The translations under genes and the position numbers were made by a program. Positions 49,861-63,094 of a stretch of DNA of 64,000 nucleotides are shown one piece after another. The stretch comes from Lama glama (lineage: Eukaryota). A model generated the notes under the pieces. That model was not told the DNA's origin, ran no database searches, and was given only the letters and a program-made list of their open reading frames with translations. The DNA is taken from assembly GCA_028534125.1 (NCBI GenBank), contig CM052816.1, positions 42,596,001 through 42,660,000 of the forward strand. The letters are read 5' to 3'. How positions within the stretch are numbered: position 1 is the stretch's first letter; each line of letters begins with the position of its first letter.

Positions 49861-51512
49861 GTGTGCAGTTTAGGAAAACACCCAAGCAATACTCGATAGT
49901 ACTTCTTTACTTTAAGTGATCATCTTTAATTTGAATTCTTGCCAAGGAAATTATGTTAACTTTTGCTTCCCATCTAATAAGGAAAGCACTTGAAATTCAC
50001 CTGGGCATTGCAGCATTGTAAACTGCCTTTCTACCCATTACCAAGGGTTTTGTCCATGGTCTCTCAAGGATTTTGGAATGGAATTACTCTAGACCAAAAT
50101 GTCCTAATTTACTCTGGGGCACTTCATTCCTCAGAGGAAGTCACTATAAATTTAGAAAACCAACCCTACTTCTCTTCCAGCCAAGGGGACACAGGACCCC
50201 AGAACAATGATGTGTCTGGTTCCCCAGGTGACCATCGGGAGAGAATTAGACCAGATTTCTAGGAAAATAGTCTACATAGATTTTAATTTTATGAAAACTG
50301 AAACTGAGGAAATTGTAGTTATTTTTCTACAGCCTTAAACTTACTAAAAATACAGGCAAAAGCAAGATACTTCCAATGAGGCGGAGGAAGGGAAAAGCAT
50401 TCAGAAGCTGGAAACAGGCCTGTGTGAGAGGACAGTACTTACCTGCTACCTGTGAAGAGAGTTCTCAGGGCTCACAAAACTAGTTTAACCAAACTCTGTC
50501 CTATAAGACCCTCCAGTTTCAAAAAGATTTTTTATTTACACTTGTGCTCCAATATTTTTCCAATTATTACAGGGAAGTGAAATTTTTCTTTTTTTAAATC
50601 AGAAAAAAAAATTTTTAAGGTAGATAATTTTCAGGGGAAAAAAGCATATTCTGAGATAGTAGCAAAATCTGTCATTATAAACAGAAAAGATTGGGGACTC
50701 AAATTTCCTGTTTAAAAGTACATGTAGGACTATTTCTAAGTCCCTTCAGAGTTTAATTTTACCTTAATTTATTGAGAATTCAGAGCCTTGCATCGTCTAC
50801 TGTGCAAAAAGGTACAAGGTCCAGCACTAGGGAAACCCTGAACTCGACAGGGAACTGGGAGGTCAATGACAGTGTGAGGTGAGGACTGCAGGAGGCTTAC
50901 TGTGTGATTCTGAGAGCGCCTGAGTCCAGCCCCCACATCCTGACCCCCCATCATCGCTCCCCTAACCAACAGAAGTCCTCCTGGGAAGCTCTGTGCAGCC
51001 TGATTGCTCCACAGGCCAGGACTCAGGGGAAACTCATCTTTTGGTCAAACTTTTGTGAAGCAGAATTAGAAAAATGAATGTAGGGAAAAAGAGCTAGAAA
51101 AACTATCAAGGAGACAGAGGAGGGGCTTGGGTCTAGAAGCCAAAAGTCACACTGCTGGAGGAGGGGCAGGGGAGCCCCGGAGTCAGCGAGTGCTTCAGAT
51201 CCAAGGGATCTGGAATTGTTCAATGGTCCTCAAAGCTCACTCTATGGACCAGCAGCATCAGCATCACCTGGGAACTTGCTTCAAATGCAAATTCTCAAGC
51301 CCCAACCAAGACTGACCAAATCCAAATTCTGAGACCAGCACCCAGCATTCTGCTTTCAAAAGCCTGCCAGGTGATTTGATGACTGCTACAGTTTGAGAAC
51401 AACTGGTTTAATGAAGTACTATGTTCAAAGTATTAAGACCCTGCCCAACTCTCCTTAAATGGTATTAAGAGCAAAGGATATAATTTGTGTCACTTTTGTT
51501 TAAGAAAGGGGG

Positions 51513-51989
51513 TGAATTTGTTTCTTTTTGCTGCTGAAAAAATGATCATAACTTAATGGCTTTAAAACAATACAGATTTATTGTCTCACAGTTTTGAAAG
51601 TAGAAGCCCAAAATCAGTCCTACTAGTCTACCATCAAGGTGTTAGCTGGGCTGGTTCTTTCTGTAGGCTCTCGGGGGAGAATCCGGCTCTTTGTCTTGTT
51701 AGCTTTCAAGGCTGTCCTTCTCCTTTGACTCAGGACCCTTTCCTCTATCTTCAAAGGGTAGCATCTTTAAATCTCTCATTCCCACACTGCCTCCTCCCCT
51801 AACTCTTACTCTACTGCCCCCCCTTTTATAAGGGCCCTTGGGATTACAATGGAGCAACTCAGGATAATTGTCTCTTATCCATATCCTTAATCACACCTAC
51901 AAAATCCCTTTTGCCATGAAAGGTAACATTCACAGGTTCTGGGGATTAGGATGGAGATGTTGAGGGGAAAGCATTATTCTGTCTACTAC
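51513..51989 (-). mobile_element. MaLR MLT1-like LTR
   Basis: GGCTTTAAAACAATACAGATTTATTGTCTCACAGTT..CACCTACAAAATCCCTTTTGCCATG..GTAACATTCACAGGTTCTGGGGATTAGGA..CTACTACA. Confidence 0.8.
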
Positions 51990-53636
51990 AGGGAGGACCA
52001 TAAGAATATGCATTTCCATTTGCTTGTACCCACATAGATACACACTGTATTGATGCACAGAAAACAAATAAAAGTGATTCCCTATGGGTAGTGTGGGAAA
52101 TGGGTGATGGGAGACAGAGATGGGACCAAAGACTCTCTTCCCAAAGTACACTTTTCATACTATTTTGAACTTTGAGCTAGGCAAATAAATTACCTATTAC
52201 AATGTATCAACAGTAAAAAATAAAAAGAATGAGAAATTTCTAAGTACTGTTGGGCTGTTCTGCTTGAACATGACGTGTCAGAGACTAAACCACCAGGAAA
52301 TCTGGAGTCACAGGAGTTCTAAGTATTAAGAGAAAAGTGTTCTAGTGGTGATGTAGTTACAAGGGGAAGAAAAAACCAGATAAAAGAATGGCCCCTCTGG
52401 CTTGGGTGTGAACAAAACAAGACAGGCTCTAAGTCATGGATGAAGACCAAGCCCAGCCTCTAATGAAAAGTTACTGCTTTAGTTTTGGTTAGTTTGTCTT
52501 GAGTTAAAGAGTTGATCTGCAGATACTTCCAGTCTATGCTTCCAACAGAGGAAGAGAGGGTGAGATCCCATCTCCTTTTCACCTAATTTTTAAAAATAAG
52601 TAATATATTGTGTCCATTAAATTGCATGCTATTTTCTTAAATAGGATTAAATAAGAGAGCTCTTTGCTCTGAACGTGTAAGAGAATCTCAGACACTTTCG
52701 TACTAATGCTGATCATCACTGAACATTAAGCTATGACAGTGGAGCAGGACAACTATGACTTTGAGAACACAGCCTGGGAACGCCAAGGAAGTCATCTGCA
52801 TGTAGTTAAAGGAGCGTCTGCACACATGTATTATGTGTGACGCTGGGAGTTATTTCCCCTCCACTGTGTACAACAGGAACTTTGCTGTCCTCCCAAGCCC
52901 ATCTCACTGCTAAACTCCAATGGAGACTCCCAGGCAGAGGTGTCCCCAAGGAGCATTTTGTACATGTTCTGTATCCCATCAATGGTACCACTTACCACTC
53001 TTCCATACTATCTTTTCATCAACTCCCCAGATAGCCACCCAGGTCACAAAGATAATCAAGACACGGTTCCTACCCTCACATATAGCCAAATAGAGACCAC
53101 CGATACATAAATACCTAAAATGTAGCAAGTGTCATAAGAAAGGTATGAATAACAGATAAGGAAAGACACAAGCAGAAGTAGTCAATTGCTCCTAGGAGAA
53201 TCACAGAACGCAAAAGTGGTATGGCATTTAAGTGGGACTTTACAGGATATGTGGGAGTTTGCAAAGTGGACGGGAAATGGCCACCCAAGCCAAGCCAAGC
53301 CAAGGGAAGAGTATGAGGTGTGCAGACACAAGCAATCTGCATGGACAGTTCTACGTGTCAAGGCAAAAAAGATGGGGCTAGGTTATGAAAGGCCTTGCTG
53401 GCAGTGAGGAGTTGGAGGTTCTTTAATGGGCAACAGAAGTCTTCTAGAAGGGTATGTTCCCAGGTCAGATTTGTGTCAGCAACATAATTCCAATGGAACT
53501 GTGGAGGCCTTTATGGGTGTGGGAGAACCCTTCCCAGAGGCGGGGCTGTATCATATAGTGCACATTCCACCCTCATATTATGGTTACCTAGTCTCTCTCC
53601 CCCTCCCTTCTGGGTTCCTCAGCCCTGGAAAGTTCC

Positions 53637-54753
53637 TATTTTTTAAAACTGAGATACAACTGACATGTAACAGTTTCAGATAAAACATAATGATTTCATA
53701 CTTGCATATACTGCAAAACGATGGCCACAATAAGTCTAGTCAATATCCATCACCACACAGTTACAAATGTTTCTCCTTGTGATGAGAACTTTTAAAATCT
53801 ACTCTTATAGCAGCTTTCAAACACACACTATAGTAATATTACTACACCATGCTGTACCTTATATTCTTATGACTTATTTTATAACTGGAAGTTTGTACCT
53901 TTTCACCCCCTTCACCCTTTTCAGCCCTATCTCCTGCCTCTGGCAACCACCAATAATGTTCTTTAAATCTGAGCCTATTTTTGTGGGGGAGGTTTTTAGT
54001 TAGTTTAAGATTTCACATATAAGTGATATGGTATTTGTCTTTCTCTGTATAACTTATTTCACTCAGCATAATGTCCTCAAGGTCCATCTATGTTGTCACA
54101 AATAGCAAGATTTTATACTTTATGGTTGAATGATATTCCATTGTATATATATATAGCAGATTTTCCTTATCCACTCATCCATTGATGGATACTTAGGTTG
54201 TTTCCATGTCTTGGCTACAGTACATAATGCTGCAGTGAACATAGGAGTGCAGATATCTTTTTGAGTTATTGTTTTCATTTTCTTCAGATAAATATCCAGC
54301 AGTGGAACTGCTGGATCATATGGTAGCTCTATTTTCACATTTTTGAGAAATCTCCATACTGTTTTCCACAATGACTGTACCAATTTACATTCCCACCAAT
54401 AGTGTACAAAGTTTCCCTTTTCTCCGCATCCTCGCCAACACTAGTTATTTCTCGTCGTTTTGATAATAATCTTTCTGACAAGAGTGAGGTGACACCTCAT
54501 TGTGGTCTTGATTTGCATTTCCCTGATAATTAGTGATCTTGAGCATCTTCTCATGTACCTCCTGTCCACCTGTATGTCTTCTTTGGAAAAATGTCTATTT
54601 CAGATCCTCTGCATATTTTTAAATTGGATTGTTTGGGTTTTTTTGGCTATTGATTTGTATGAGTTCTTTACATAGTTTGGGTATTAACCCTTTATCAGAC
54701 ATATGACTTGCAAATATTTTCTCCCACTCGGTAGGTTGCTTTTTCATTCTGTC
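53637..54753 (-). mobile_element. 5'-truncated L1 (ORF2 C-terminus plus 3' UTR)
   Basis: ORF2 C-terminal remnant [66 protein letters not shown] (53627-36) / GGAAAGATCC (54754-63). Confidence 0.92.
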
Positions 54754-55128
54754 GGAAAGATCCAAAATTTTAACTTTCTATTATGTGGAGCTGCTGCTTC
54801 ACTTCTCAAAAGCCTTGGCCCCAACCAACACTTAAGCCCACAGAGGCTCACTTCTATACTACACTCAAAGCATTTTTCTAAATAAATGTAGTTATTTTAT
54901 TAAGAGAAATTCTGCTACCAGCTGTTAAAGGTAACATAAATTTCTTTGTCTCATCACACACATCTACAATATCAACAACATTCTAAATATTTTACACGTA
55001 TGGAAATTATCCTTGAAATAATTATGTTTGAGAAATACAAGGCAGTATTCCCAAATTTACTTCAACAATTCAACATCCAAGGTAAAATAACCACATGACA
55101 CATTGTTAAACTTGTTTTAAAAAAAAGA

Positions 55129-55134
55129 TTTATT
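55129..55134 (-). terminator. RHOBTB3: Probable RHOBTB3 polyadenylation signal
   Basis: Plus-strand TTTATT; downstream on the minus strand lies GT-rich TGTGTCATGTGGTT. Confidence 0.6.
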
Positions 55135-57139
55135 TGTTACAAAAATGTTAAATACTAAAACTAAAAACATATAAATTCAGGTCAGGCTATATTAAAATAC
55201 ACACATACCCTTCTTTGCAAAATTATTAAAGGTTGAATTAAACAGATGCTTTAAATTAAATAAAATACTCTTGAGAACATTTTTGTCTAATTATATCAGT
55301 GTAGTGTAGTTTTTAAAATTATAGTTGAAAAGTTCAGCTGTCTTGGAAGTCAAATTTATCCAATTTTTCAGTTTTCTGCTACTGCCCAATACGAAGTCAT
55401 TATGCTGGCTTAGACAGGGTGAATTTCAGTTATGTTACTGAAACTTCTACATTGCATGCCTACTCTCCTACAATATGAACACAGAGTAGTCAGAAGCATA
55501 CAAAGGGCTACATAAGGTGAAAACCTGGCCCGGAAAGAAAAGGCCTTAGTTCTACCATACGGTATCTTATCTAATTAAAATAACTGGTAAATATATTGAA
55601 GCAGAGATCAGCACAAAGCATACATTCATCTAGAAATAACTTTTCAATTAGAAAAACTCAAAAAGAGCACTCATTTCTCCAAGATAGTTTATAAGGTTTT
55701 AAAATTTCTTACTATTTTTAATTGAGTTAACTCCAAGGTATTGAAGAGTCTAGGTTTAAAAACTAATTTGATTACTGTTCTGACGAGCCCAGGAGAGCTG
55801 TGACATCTGTGTGTTTGAGTTGCTCACGCAGATGGCAAAGAACTTTCATAATAAAAACTACATGCTCAACACCAATAGAGCACCAGCTTCCAAACCCAAC
55901 TTCCACTTAGGTCAAACAAGCTAAAATCTACCTATGGCTATTAAAATGTTAAATAGTATCTTCAAGAAAATATTTTGCTTCAGGACTTATATTTTTCAAT
56001 TTCTTAGATTAAAAGTTACTTATAATTTTAAGTGCTGTAATTAATGTAGGGATAGGAATATGCTTATGAAAAGTAAAAGGCTATCACTGTATTTGAAAAG
56101 GTCTTAAATGTGAGTGAATTTCTAGAAGTCTACTACAGTATTTATTCTTTCCAATGCTAATCCTTGTCAAATGAGATTTGCCAATAGTTGATTAACTTAA
56201 GTGAGTAAAATACAAAAGACATAAAATGCATTCCAGTAATCTTCATCAACACATTCCAATTAAATTCAGGTTTCTTGGAAGAGATTTGTAGGGAATTTTT
56301 ACTGTTCTACTCTGACGGTGCTGGTGTACATCAAAGTACTAACTGTATTATGTCTGTACATGGTATAAAACTGTTTAATCAAATCTTTGAATGGTTGGAG
56401 AAACTGTGTATTCTAAAGTCATTGGAAATTAAAAGAAAAATATATTCCAATACTGAATTACAGATGAAAATGATGCTAATAATAAATAGCAATCTGCTTT
56501 TCCATCTTTCAGCTTGTGAGCTTCTGATATAATTGTTTCTGTTGATGTGTGATATTAAGAGAAACTATGATTCTGCCCTCTATTCTAGTACCATTTTCTC
56601 TACATGTAACAAGTCTTGATTTATATCCTTTCTTTTAACTTAGTAGATAATCTTGAAGGACAAGATTCATGTCATTCTTCATCAAATAACCTTTCGGTCC
56701 TCAGAAAGAACACACAATTCAAGCCACTGACATCCTAATCTTAGTAAATACACTAAAAGAAAAAAACCCTTCAGCTTTTGATTGCAAATTCTCCAGAAAG
56801 CAACTTTTCCTATGAGCGTTTTATAGACACATTTTAAGGCATGTTGGCCAGTCACTTTTACTAACATTCTGGTCTTACAGAATGATCAAGAAAGTATTCA
56901 TCTGTGATAGAACCAGAACTGTTAAGTGTTTGAAAGCTAAGCCAACACAACGCATTTCTCACTTGCCAGCCCAGGTGGCAGAGGAGGGAGGCCCTGGATG
57001 GTAAAGACTTCCCCAAGGATGGGAAACAAGGAATCCCATACGATCTCTTTCCTCAGCAAGCCTCTTTCTCTTTCCTTGATGTCAGTGCTTCTTTTTTTGC
57101 TTTCAGAGAAAATAATGTTTGAGCAAGAAAATATGTCCT

Positions 57140-57300
57140 GCTAGGAGATACACGTAATTTGGGTGCCAGGTACAAAGTGAGAATGCAGGGCCTGTCTTCA
57201 AACATTATTAAGAATTTTAAGATGGCGATTGCAGAGCATTAAACCCTTCTCAGTAGAGGGCTCTGTGTGACCACACAGGTTACATGCCATGAAGCCAGCT
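57140..57300 (-). mobile_element. MER53-like hAT MITE inside the RHOBTB3 3' UTR
   Basis: Minus strand GCTGGCTTCATGGCATGTAACCTGTGTGGTCACACAGAGCCC..GTTTAATGCTCTGCAATCGCCATCTTAAAATTCTTAATAAT matches the MER53 consensus as recalled. Confidence 0.7.
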
Positions 57301-57920
57301 ATATATAGATTTCCTGCCTAATCCGAATCCCGGGGAGAGACAAGGTGGCTCAGTTGGGTTGTCCAGATTAAAAAAAAAACAGATTTTTTTCCATGATGGT
57401 TCAAACACTGTCACTGATTTAGAACAAAGTGGCATTTCACTTGCAAAATCCCAGGCAAATTTCTATTCTTGAAATCTCAGACTGACCAGTCTTCCCCTAG
57501 ATTTCTCATGACAGAAATAGTCATACTGAATCTTTAAGTGGCCCTTACTTTAACAGAGCAGTTAGACATGACGAAATTTCTGTATTAATCCTGCATGATT
57601 TTTAAAAAAATTTAAACTTTCTTAACTGGGAGGGTTATTAATATCACTAAAGCAATAGGGCATCTTAAAGGGAAAAAATAGCTGTACAACAGCTTTATAT
57701 ACTAGGGAAAGTCTTAATTTTAGCCTATGGTATATTTTGTTCCCTTTCAAGATCATAATAGTAGGTTTTTTTGAAGAGAACTAATAAACACATTAAGCTG
57801 TATGGTGACTTTTCTTTTTAACTCCCATACTGGTTTCAGTCACAAGAATTTTACTGGAACCCAGAAGTACCCCATTCTTCATAATAACAAGAAAAAGTGT
57901 AGGTATATAAAAACTCCAGG

Positions 57921-58036
57921 TTACATGACTGAGCAACGGCATTTCCGGGAGTGAATGTATTTCCTGTATTCCGCAAGCTGCTTCAAGTACATATTTGACG
58001 GCCATCTGTGCTTTTCAACAAAACTGCGTTCTTCCA
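57921..58036 (-). CDS. RHOBTB3: Rho-related BTB domain-containing protein 3, last coding exon
   Basis: Acceptor TTGTAG|TG. Reads (V)EERSFVEKHRWPSNMYLKQLAEYRKYIHSRKCRCSVM*, the RhoBTB3 C-terminus with CaaX box. Phase 1 matches the upstream exon. Confidence 0.97.
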
Positions 58037-58529
58037 CTACAATTTTCAGAAAAAGAATGTTAACTGAAAATATATTATTTAGGATCAAGTTTAGATATTA
58101 ACTGTTGGTTTCCTATCTAACAGATGAGCTCCAAGTTCTGCTGTATCCTCCCTATCCTTTCCTCAGTCACCAGGACTGATGTTATTCTGTGATTTACAAT
58201 TATGTACATCTTGTCCATTGCTGCATCAAATAGGATTTGATTATGTCCTTTTTTTTTTTCCAAACAAGACTTGTTTTTCCTGGAAATAAGGACTTTTTTT
58301 CATTTAATTAGTTTTCTTTGTACCTAACGCAACCTTCCAAACTCTTCAAAGCCCTCTCAATTCTATTTTCCACTGGACCACAGCTATCAAGGGTCGAGCC
58401 ATTCCTGAGGGGTTCCCTGTTGCTGTGGCCCTGGAGACCCCTCTCAGCCTCTAGGCCTGCTTCATGCGTTCATGTGGGATCCTTCTGCTCCTGGACTCTA
58501 GGTCCTTCACTCTGTTCTCTCTGTGGTTT

Positions 58530-60300
58530 TGGCGAAGCACAGCTGTTACTAGCTTCCTGAAAAGGGCAGGTGTGCGTAAGAAGTATTTTTGAGGCCCTGC
58601 TTGTGATGAAACATCTTTAATCTTTCCTTACACATAATGGATCACTTGGCTGAGAACGGAATTCAAGGTTGAAAATTTCCCTCAGGATGTTGAAGATGGT
58701 TTAAGTACTCCACTGCTTTCCAGTGTCCAAGGTTGTTAAGAATTCTATTACCATTCAAATTCACAGTCCTTGGTAAGTGATCTGCAGGTTTTTTATCCTG
58801 TAAACTTTTAGATTTTTCTATTTGCAGTTGGTGTTGCTGCCCATCCCAATGATAGACCTTTACTTATTTATTAAGCTGAGCACTTAGCAGAGCCTTTTAA
58901 TCTGCTGAGTCAGTCCCTTCAGTACTGGCATATGTTCTTGTATTATTTCTTTGATAATTCTCTCCCAGTGTTTTTTTCCCCCTTGCATTAACTTCTGTCA
59001 CTCAGATACTTCACCTCTTATATTGAGCCTCCAATTTTTTTGTTTTTTGAACAAACTTTCTCTCCTATCTGTCTCTTTATCTTTTTTGTCCTACTTTCTA
59101 GATTCCTTACCTTTATCTTTCAATTCTTTTATTTATTTAGTTGTTTGAGGTTTTTTGATTTTGGACTTTTTGCTATCATAATTTTAATTTTCAAGAGCAA
59201 CTTCTTGATCTATTTTTTTTAATAATACGAAAATACACATAACATTAAATTTACCATTAACTTATTATCTTAACTATATTTAGGTGTACAGTTCAGTAGT
59301 GTTAAGTACATTCACATTGTTATCAATCTCCAGAACTCTTTTCATCCTGCAAAACTAAAATCCTTTACTTGTCAAACAACAAGTCCCTGTACCCTGTACC
59401 CACTCCCCTAAGCCCCAGCAACCACTATGTCTCTATGAATGTTGTTTCTTTTTAAGTAACATTCTATCCCTGCTTTATGAATGTGTATCTCTTATTCTTT
59501 GAGGACATTAATTTTAGGGGTTTTTTTTAAGGTTTTCTTCTATTCTTTGTTCCTGTAAGTTCCTTCTCTTCTGTTTTTATTCATTTTGTTTTGATTTTGG
59601 TATTCATCTTTTACATTGGACCACTGCCTCAAATATCTGTTGATCCTCAGTTAGTTTCTTTATATTTAGGAGTGAGCTGTTAGAAAGCTGTTTGGAAATC
59701 TTTTGGACATGGGTAGGACTTGCTGACTGGTGGAATACACTGTAGCATGACTGAGCAAGGTATCTGCTGGGTTCATTGAGAGAATTCCCAAATGACCGCA
59801 CCTATATATTTTTTCTCTAAGGTCAGGGGAGGATGCTTCAGTTTCATGCCCAGAGTGTGAGAGTGAAAGTGGTAGTCAAAGTGAGAGACAAATACCTGGC
59901 AGCAAGAATTCTAGAACCTGGATATGGGAAGAAGGCTGGAGGCTTAATATACAATGTGTACAATTTCATGTGGCACCCGTGTTTTCAGTCCAGCTCCTTG
60001 TCCTGATCTCAGCTATACCCTGAGTTTGTGCTTCTATTAACTTTTTTGGTTTAATTTCTCCAGAAATAAACCTCCCATCTCCTGTGATGATGAGGGGAGA
60101 AGCAGATGCCTGCCTGCGTGGGACAGAGTGCAGCAAAAGCTAATTCTACTAATTCTACTGCTTTCAGCCCCAAGCCTCATTCCGCTTTCTGAAATACCTG
60201 ATCCTTCAAATTTCTAAGGATTTACAGTATTCTGCTGGGTGAATCAGCTTGTTTCTCATTAGTATTCCCCTCTGTGAGCACTTAGGTTTCCTTCTGCTAA
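58530..60300 (-). mobile_element. Highly degraded old L1 remnants in the RHOBTB3 intron, with a younger L1 3' fragment at ~59215-59430
   Basis: T-rich antisense L1-like text. The nested TGTACAGTTCAGTAGTGTTAAGTACATTCACATTGT block recurs at ~63860-64000. Confidence 0.55.
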
Positions 60301-62997
60301 GTGAACTTCCACCTCTCCACTTACTGTTCGACCTCATCTATTGTAATCTGGATTAACACGGTCTTGATCCAGGCTGTAGGACGTGGATAAAAAGAACCTA
60401 GTTGCTCAGGGAAATTGTAGATTTCATTAGGAAGTGAAGGTGATATAAGACAACTCTCTCAGTTAAAGTAAAAAAAAAAAATACAAAACAAAACAAAACA
60501 AAAAAAAAACAAGAGAAAAGTCCTCATAGATGAGCTCTGGTGGCAGCAAAAATCCGAACAAGACAAAAAACTCTTTAAGATAAATTAAACTGCAAGAATA
60601 ATAAATCCATAAACACCAAGGGTAACTTGTATTCCTGTGCACTACTGTTTGTTTTCTTAATAGTCCATTATCTACATTATTTAACTGAATTCTGATGTAT
60701 CGGTGCCAGCATTAATGTGAGATATTTTCCAGTCTCACTTTTTGATTTCTAAACAACTCTAAAGAAGAAAAATTCCCAGGTAAGAGAAAACATTTCCTAT
60801 ACTTCCAATAGGAATTCGATAATTTTTGAAGTTGAAAATAGGTAACTCTCTATGGAAGCTGTAAAGTGACTGTGACACGAACCCTTTTCAATTTCAAGTG
60901 AGCACGTGAAGTAGGCCGAGAGGAAGGCAACAGGGAGAAGAGGAGACTCCTCTCCTATGGGACTCCAGGGAGGACACATGCCTTCAAATGGATGGTCACT
61001 GCCCAATTCTAGCTTGTTGCCATGTGGGAAGATGGGCCCAGACTAGCCCGACCTTCCAACTTTCCAAAAGAAGCTAGAAATTTGGATTTTGAAATGTGAC
61101 ATGTTATAATTTTCAAATGTTGACACTAACTATATATATGTTTTTTATATCTATAATAATTATATATTATAATTTAACATAATATATAAAATATCACAAG
61201 GTCCAAATGAAATCCCTTGGCAAGATATGTTCAGCCCACAGACTGCCGGTCTGTGACTGCTGATACAGACTATCACATCCTCCCTTACCCACAGGGGCTT
61301 TTTCTCTCTGCCCAAGAGGACACATCACAGCAGGTCCTGGACATGAACAGGCACCACTGAATCACAGCACTCATGATACTGTTTTAATTCCCATCAAAGG
61401 AACATAAGACAATCACTGACACAGCCTCATTTTCTTACCCTGCCTCGTCAAATTACACCCTGGAGTAGTGCTGCTCACTACGCCAGGTGGTCATAACATA
61501 CTTTACAGGCAATTGTATAAGCAATAAAATTTAAAAAAATTAATAACTCAAAGGCTTTAGAGAGCACCTTTCTCCCAAGGTTGTCACAGTATTCTACGTG
61601 AATCATATATCTACACAAGACAGTAAGTGGAAAATCATCTTACTCTTCTTTTACAAATGAAGGTGACCTAAGGTGGTAGGATGAAGGTGCTTAAAATCAA
61701 AATGTTCATTTATTTCATTTTTAATTGACTCCTTAAAGAACAACTATACAAGAATGCCCCTACTAACTAACTGCAAGGGGAAGTATGCCTTATGTTTAAG
61801 AACGGATTTTGTTTCTTGCACAAAGTGAACAGTTAGTAAACATCTATCATCCTGCTTTGATTTATTACGTTACTCTTCTGCACTAATAGTCAAATTCTAG
61901 GCAAAGAGGCTCCCAATAGGCATACAATGTTTACTGACAGGCTGCACACGTCTGCCAAACACTGACTGTGTGTTTCTTGGTTTCCTTAACTGTACGACGA
62001 GTAGCTGAATGAAACCTGACATGTTCACATGTTTTAGCAGCTGATTCTCTCTTACAAGCAAAATCCTACGTAGAATTCTAAGACTTAAGCAAATAAAAGT
62101 GAGACTGCTCTGGATGAAGGTGGGAAGAAGGAGTCTAAGAAACTGCAAACACCAGCCTCTCCTCCTCCCTCCCTCCTGCCCCCACCCACTCCCGCTCTCT
62201 GCCCCCACTTCACAAGACCTTCGGGCATCTCCAAGGAGGCTTCTCCGTTTAGAGTTTGGAGATACTTGACCAGGGGGTCTTTAATTTCCTTCTCCTTTTA
62301 ACTTGATTATTCCTTGAGCTTATTCCATGTAATAACATGAGCAAGCCATTGTATCTAAGCTGACTGCTGTCTATTCTGATGACTATTCTATTTTCATTTT
62401 CTTTCATCTTACGCAGCACTCAGCAGCTCACCCTTTGACTGGTTTTAATCTTCACAATTTACCTTAAAAAATCATATTACATATACTCTATGATCAGTAA
62501 ATTTTTCAACACTCCTTGATCAATAAAAAATTGTTAATGCCAAGTAATATAACGAACCTACACAGACAGGTGATACCAGTACAATAGAACTATATATTAT
62601 AAGGAATAAATTTTTCTTTATAAGAAAAAATTCTTAAGATCTGTACTTTTAAAATTTTGCTTCTGACTTAGGTGGTTAAAACCAAATCTCATTTAACACA
62701 ACCAAATGCCATCTGAGGCCACTTTATCTCTCTACTTCAGAAAAAAAAAAAAGCACTTAAAAATGAATAGGAGCTATGAAACAATCGTTAGAAAATTTCT
62801 TGTGTAACACAGGTCAAGCTTCTTACGTAACACAGGTTACTGTAAGTTAAAGTGTCCTCAATTATCACACTGCATATCCAAAAGGAATGTATTACACTGA
62901 CTTATTTTTTAAAATCTACTATTCCTACAAATTAAGTCTCAAGTCTAAGAACAAAGAACATAAAGTCTTCTTTTCAAAACAGTAATTAGCCATCTAC

Positions 62998-63094
62998 CTG
63001 AAAGATCCTGAAATTCAGGCTTTTGACTGAAGATGAGGTAGTTAGTGGCAATGAAATGAAGTAGCCAGGTTGAGAGGCAATCAGAGTGGTGAAA
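62998..63094 (-). CDS. RHOBTB3: RHOBTB3 penultimate coding exon
   Basis: TTGCAG|TTT acceptor. Reads FHHSDCLSTWLLHFIATNYLIFSQKPEFQDLS plus G (97 nt); donor CAG|GTAGAT. Splices in frame to 58036. Confidence 0.97.

Larger units (their letters stand above)
55108..57920 (-). other. RHOBTB3: RHOBTB3 3' UTR (~2.8 kb)
   Basis: AT-rich, largely repeat-free sequence after the stop codon, with minus-strand AATAAA at 55129-55134. The exact 3' end is inferred. Confidence 0.65.
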
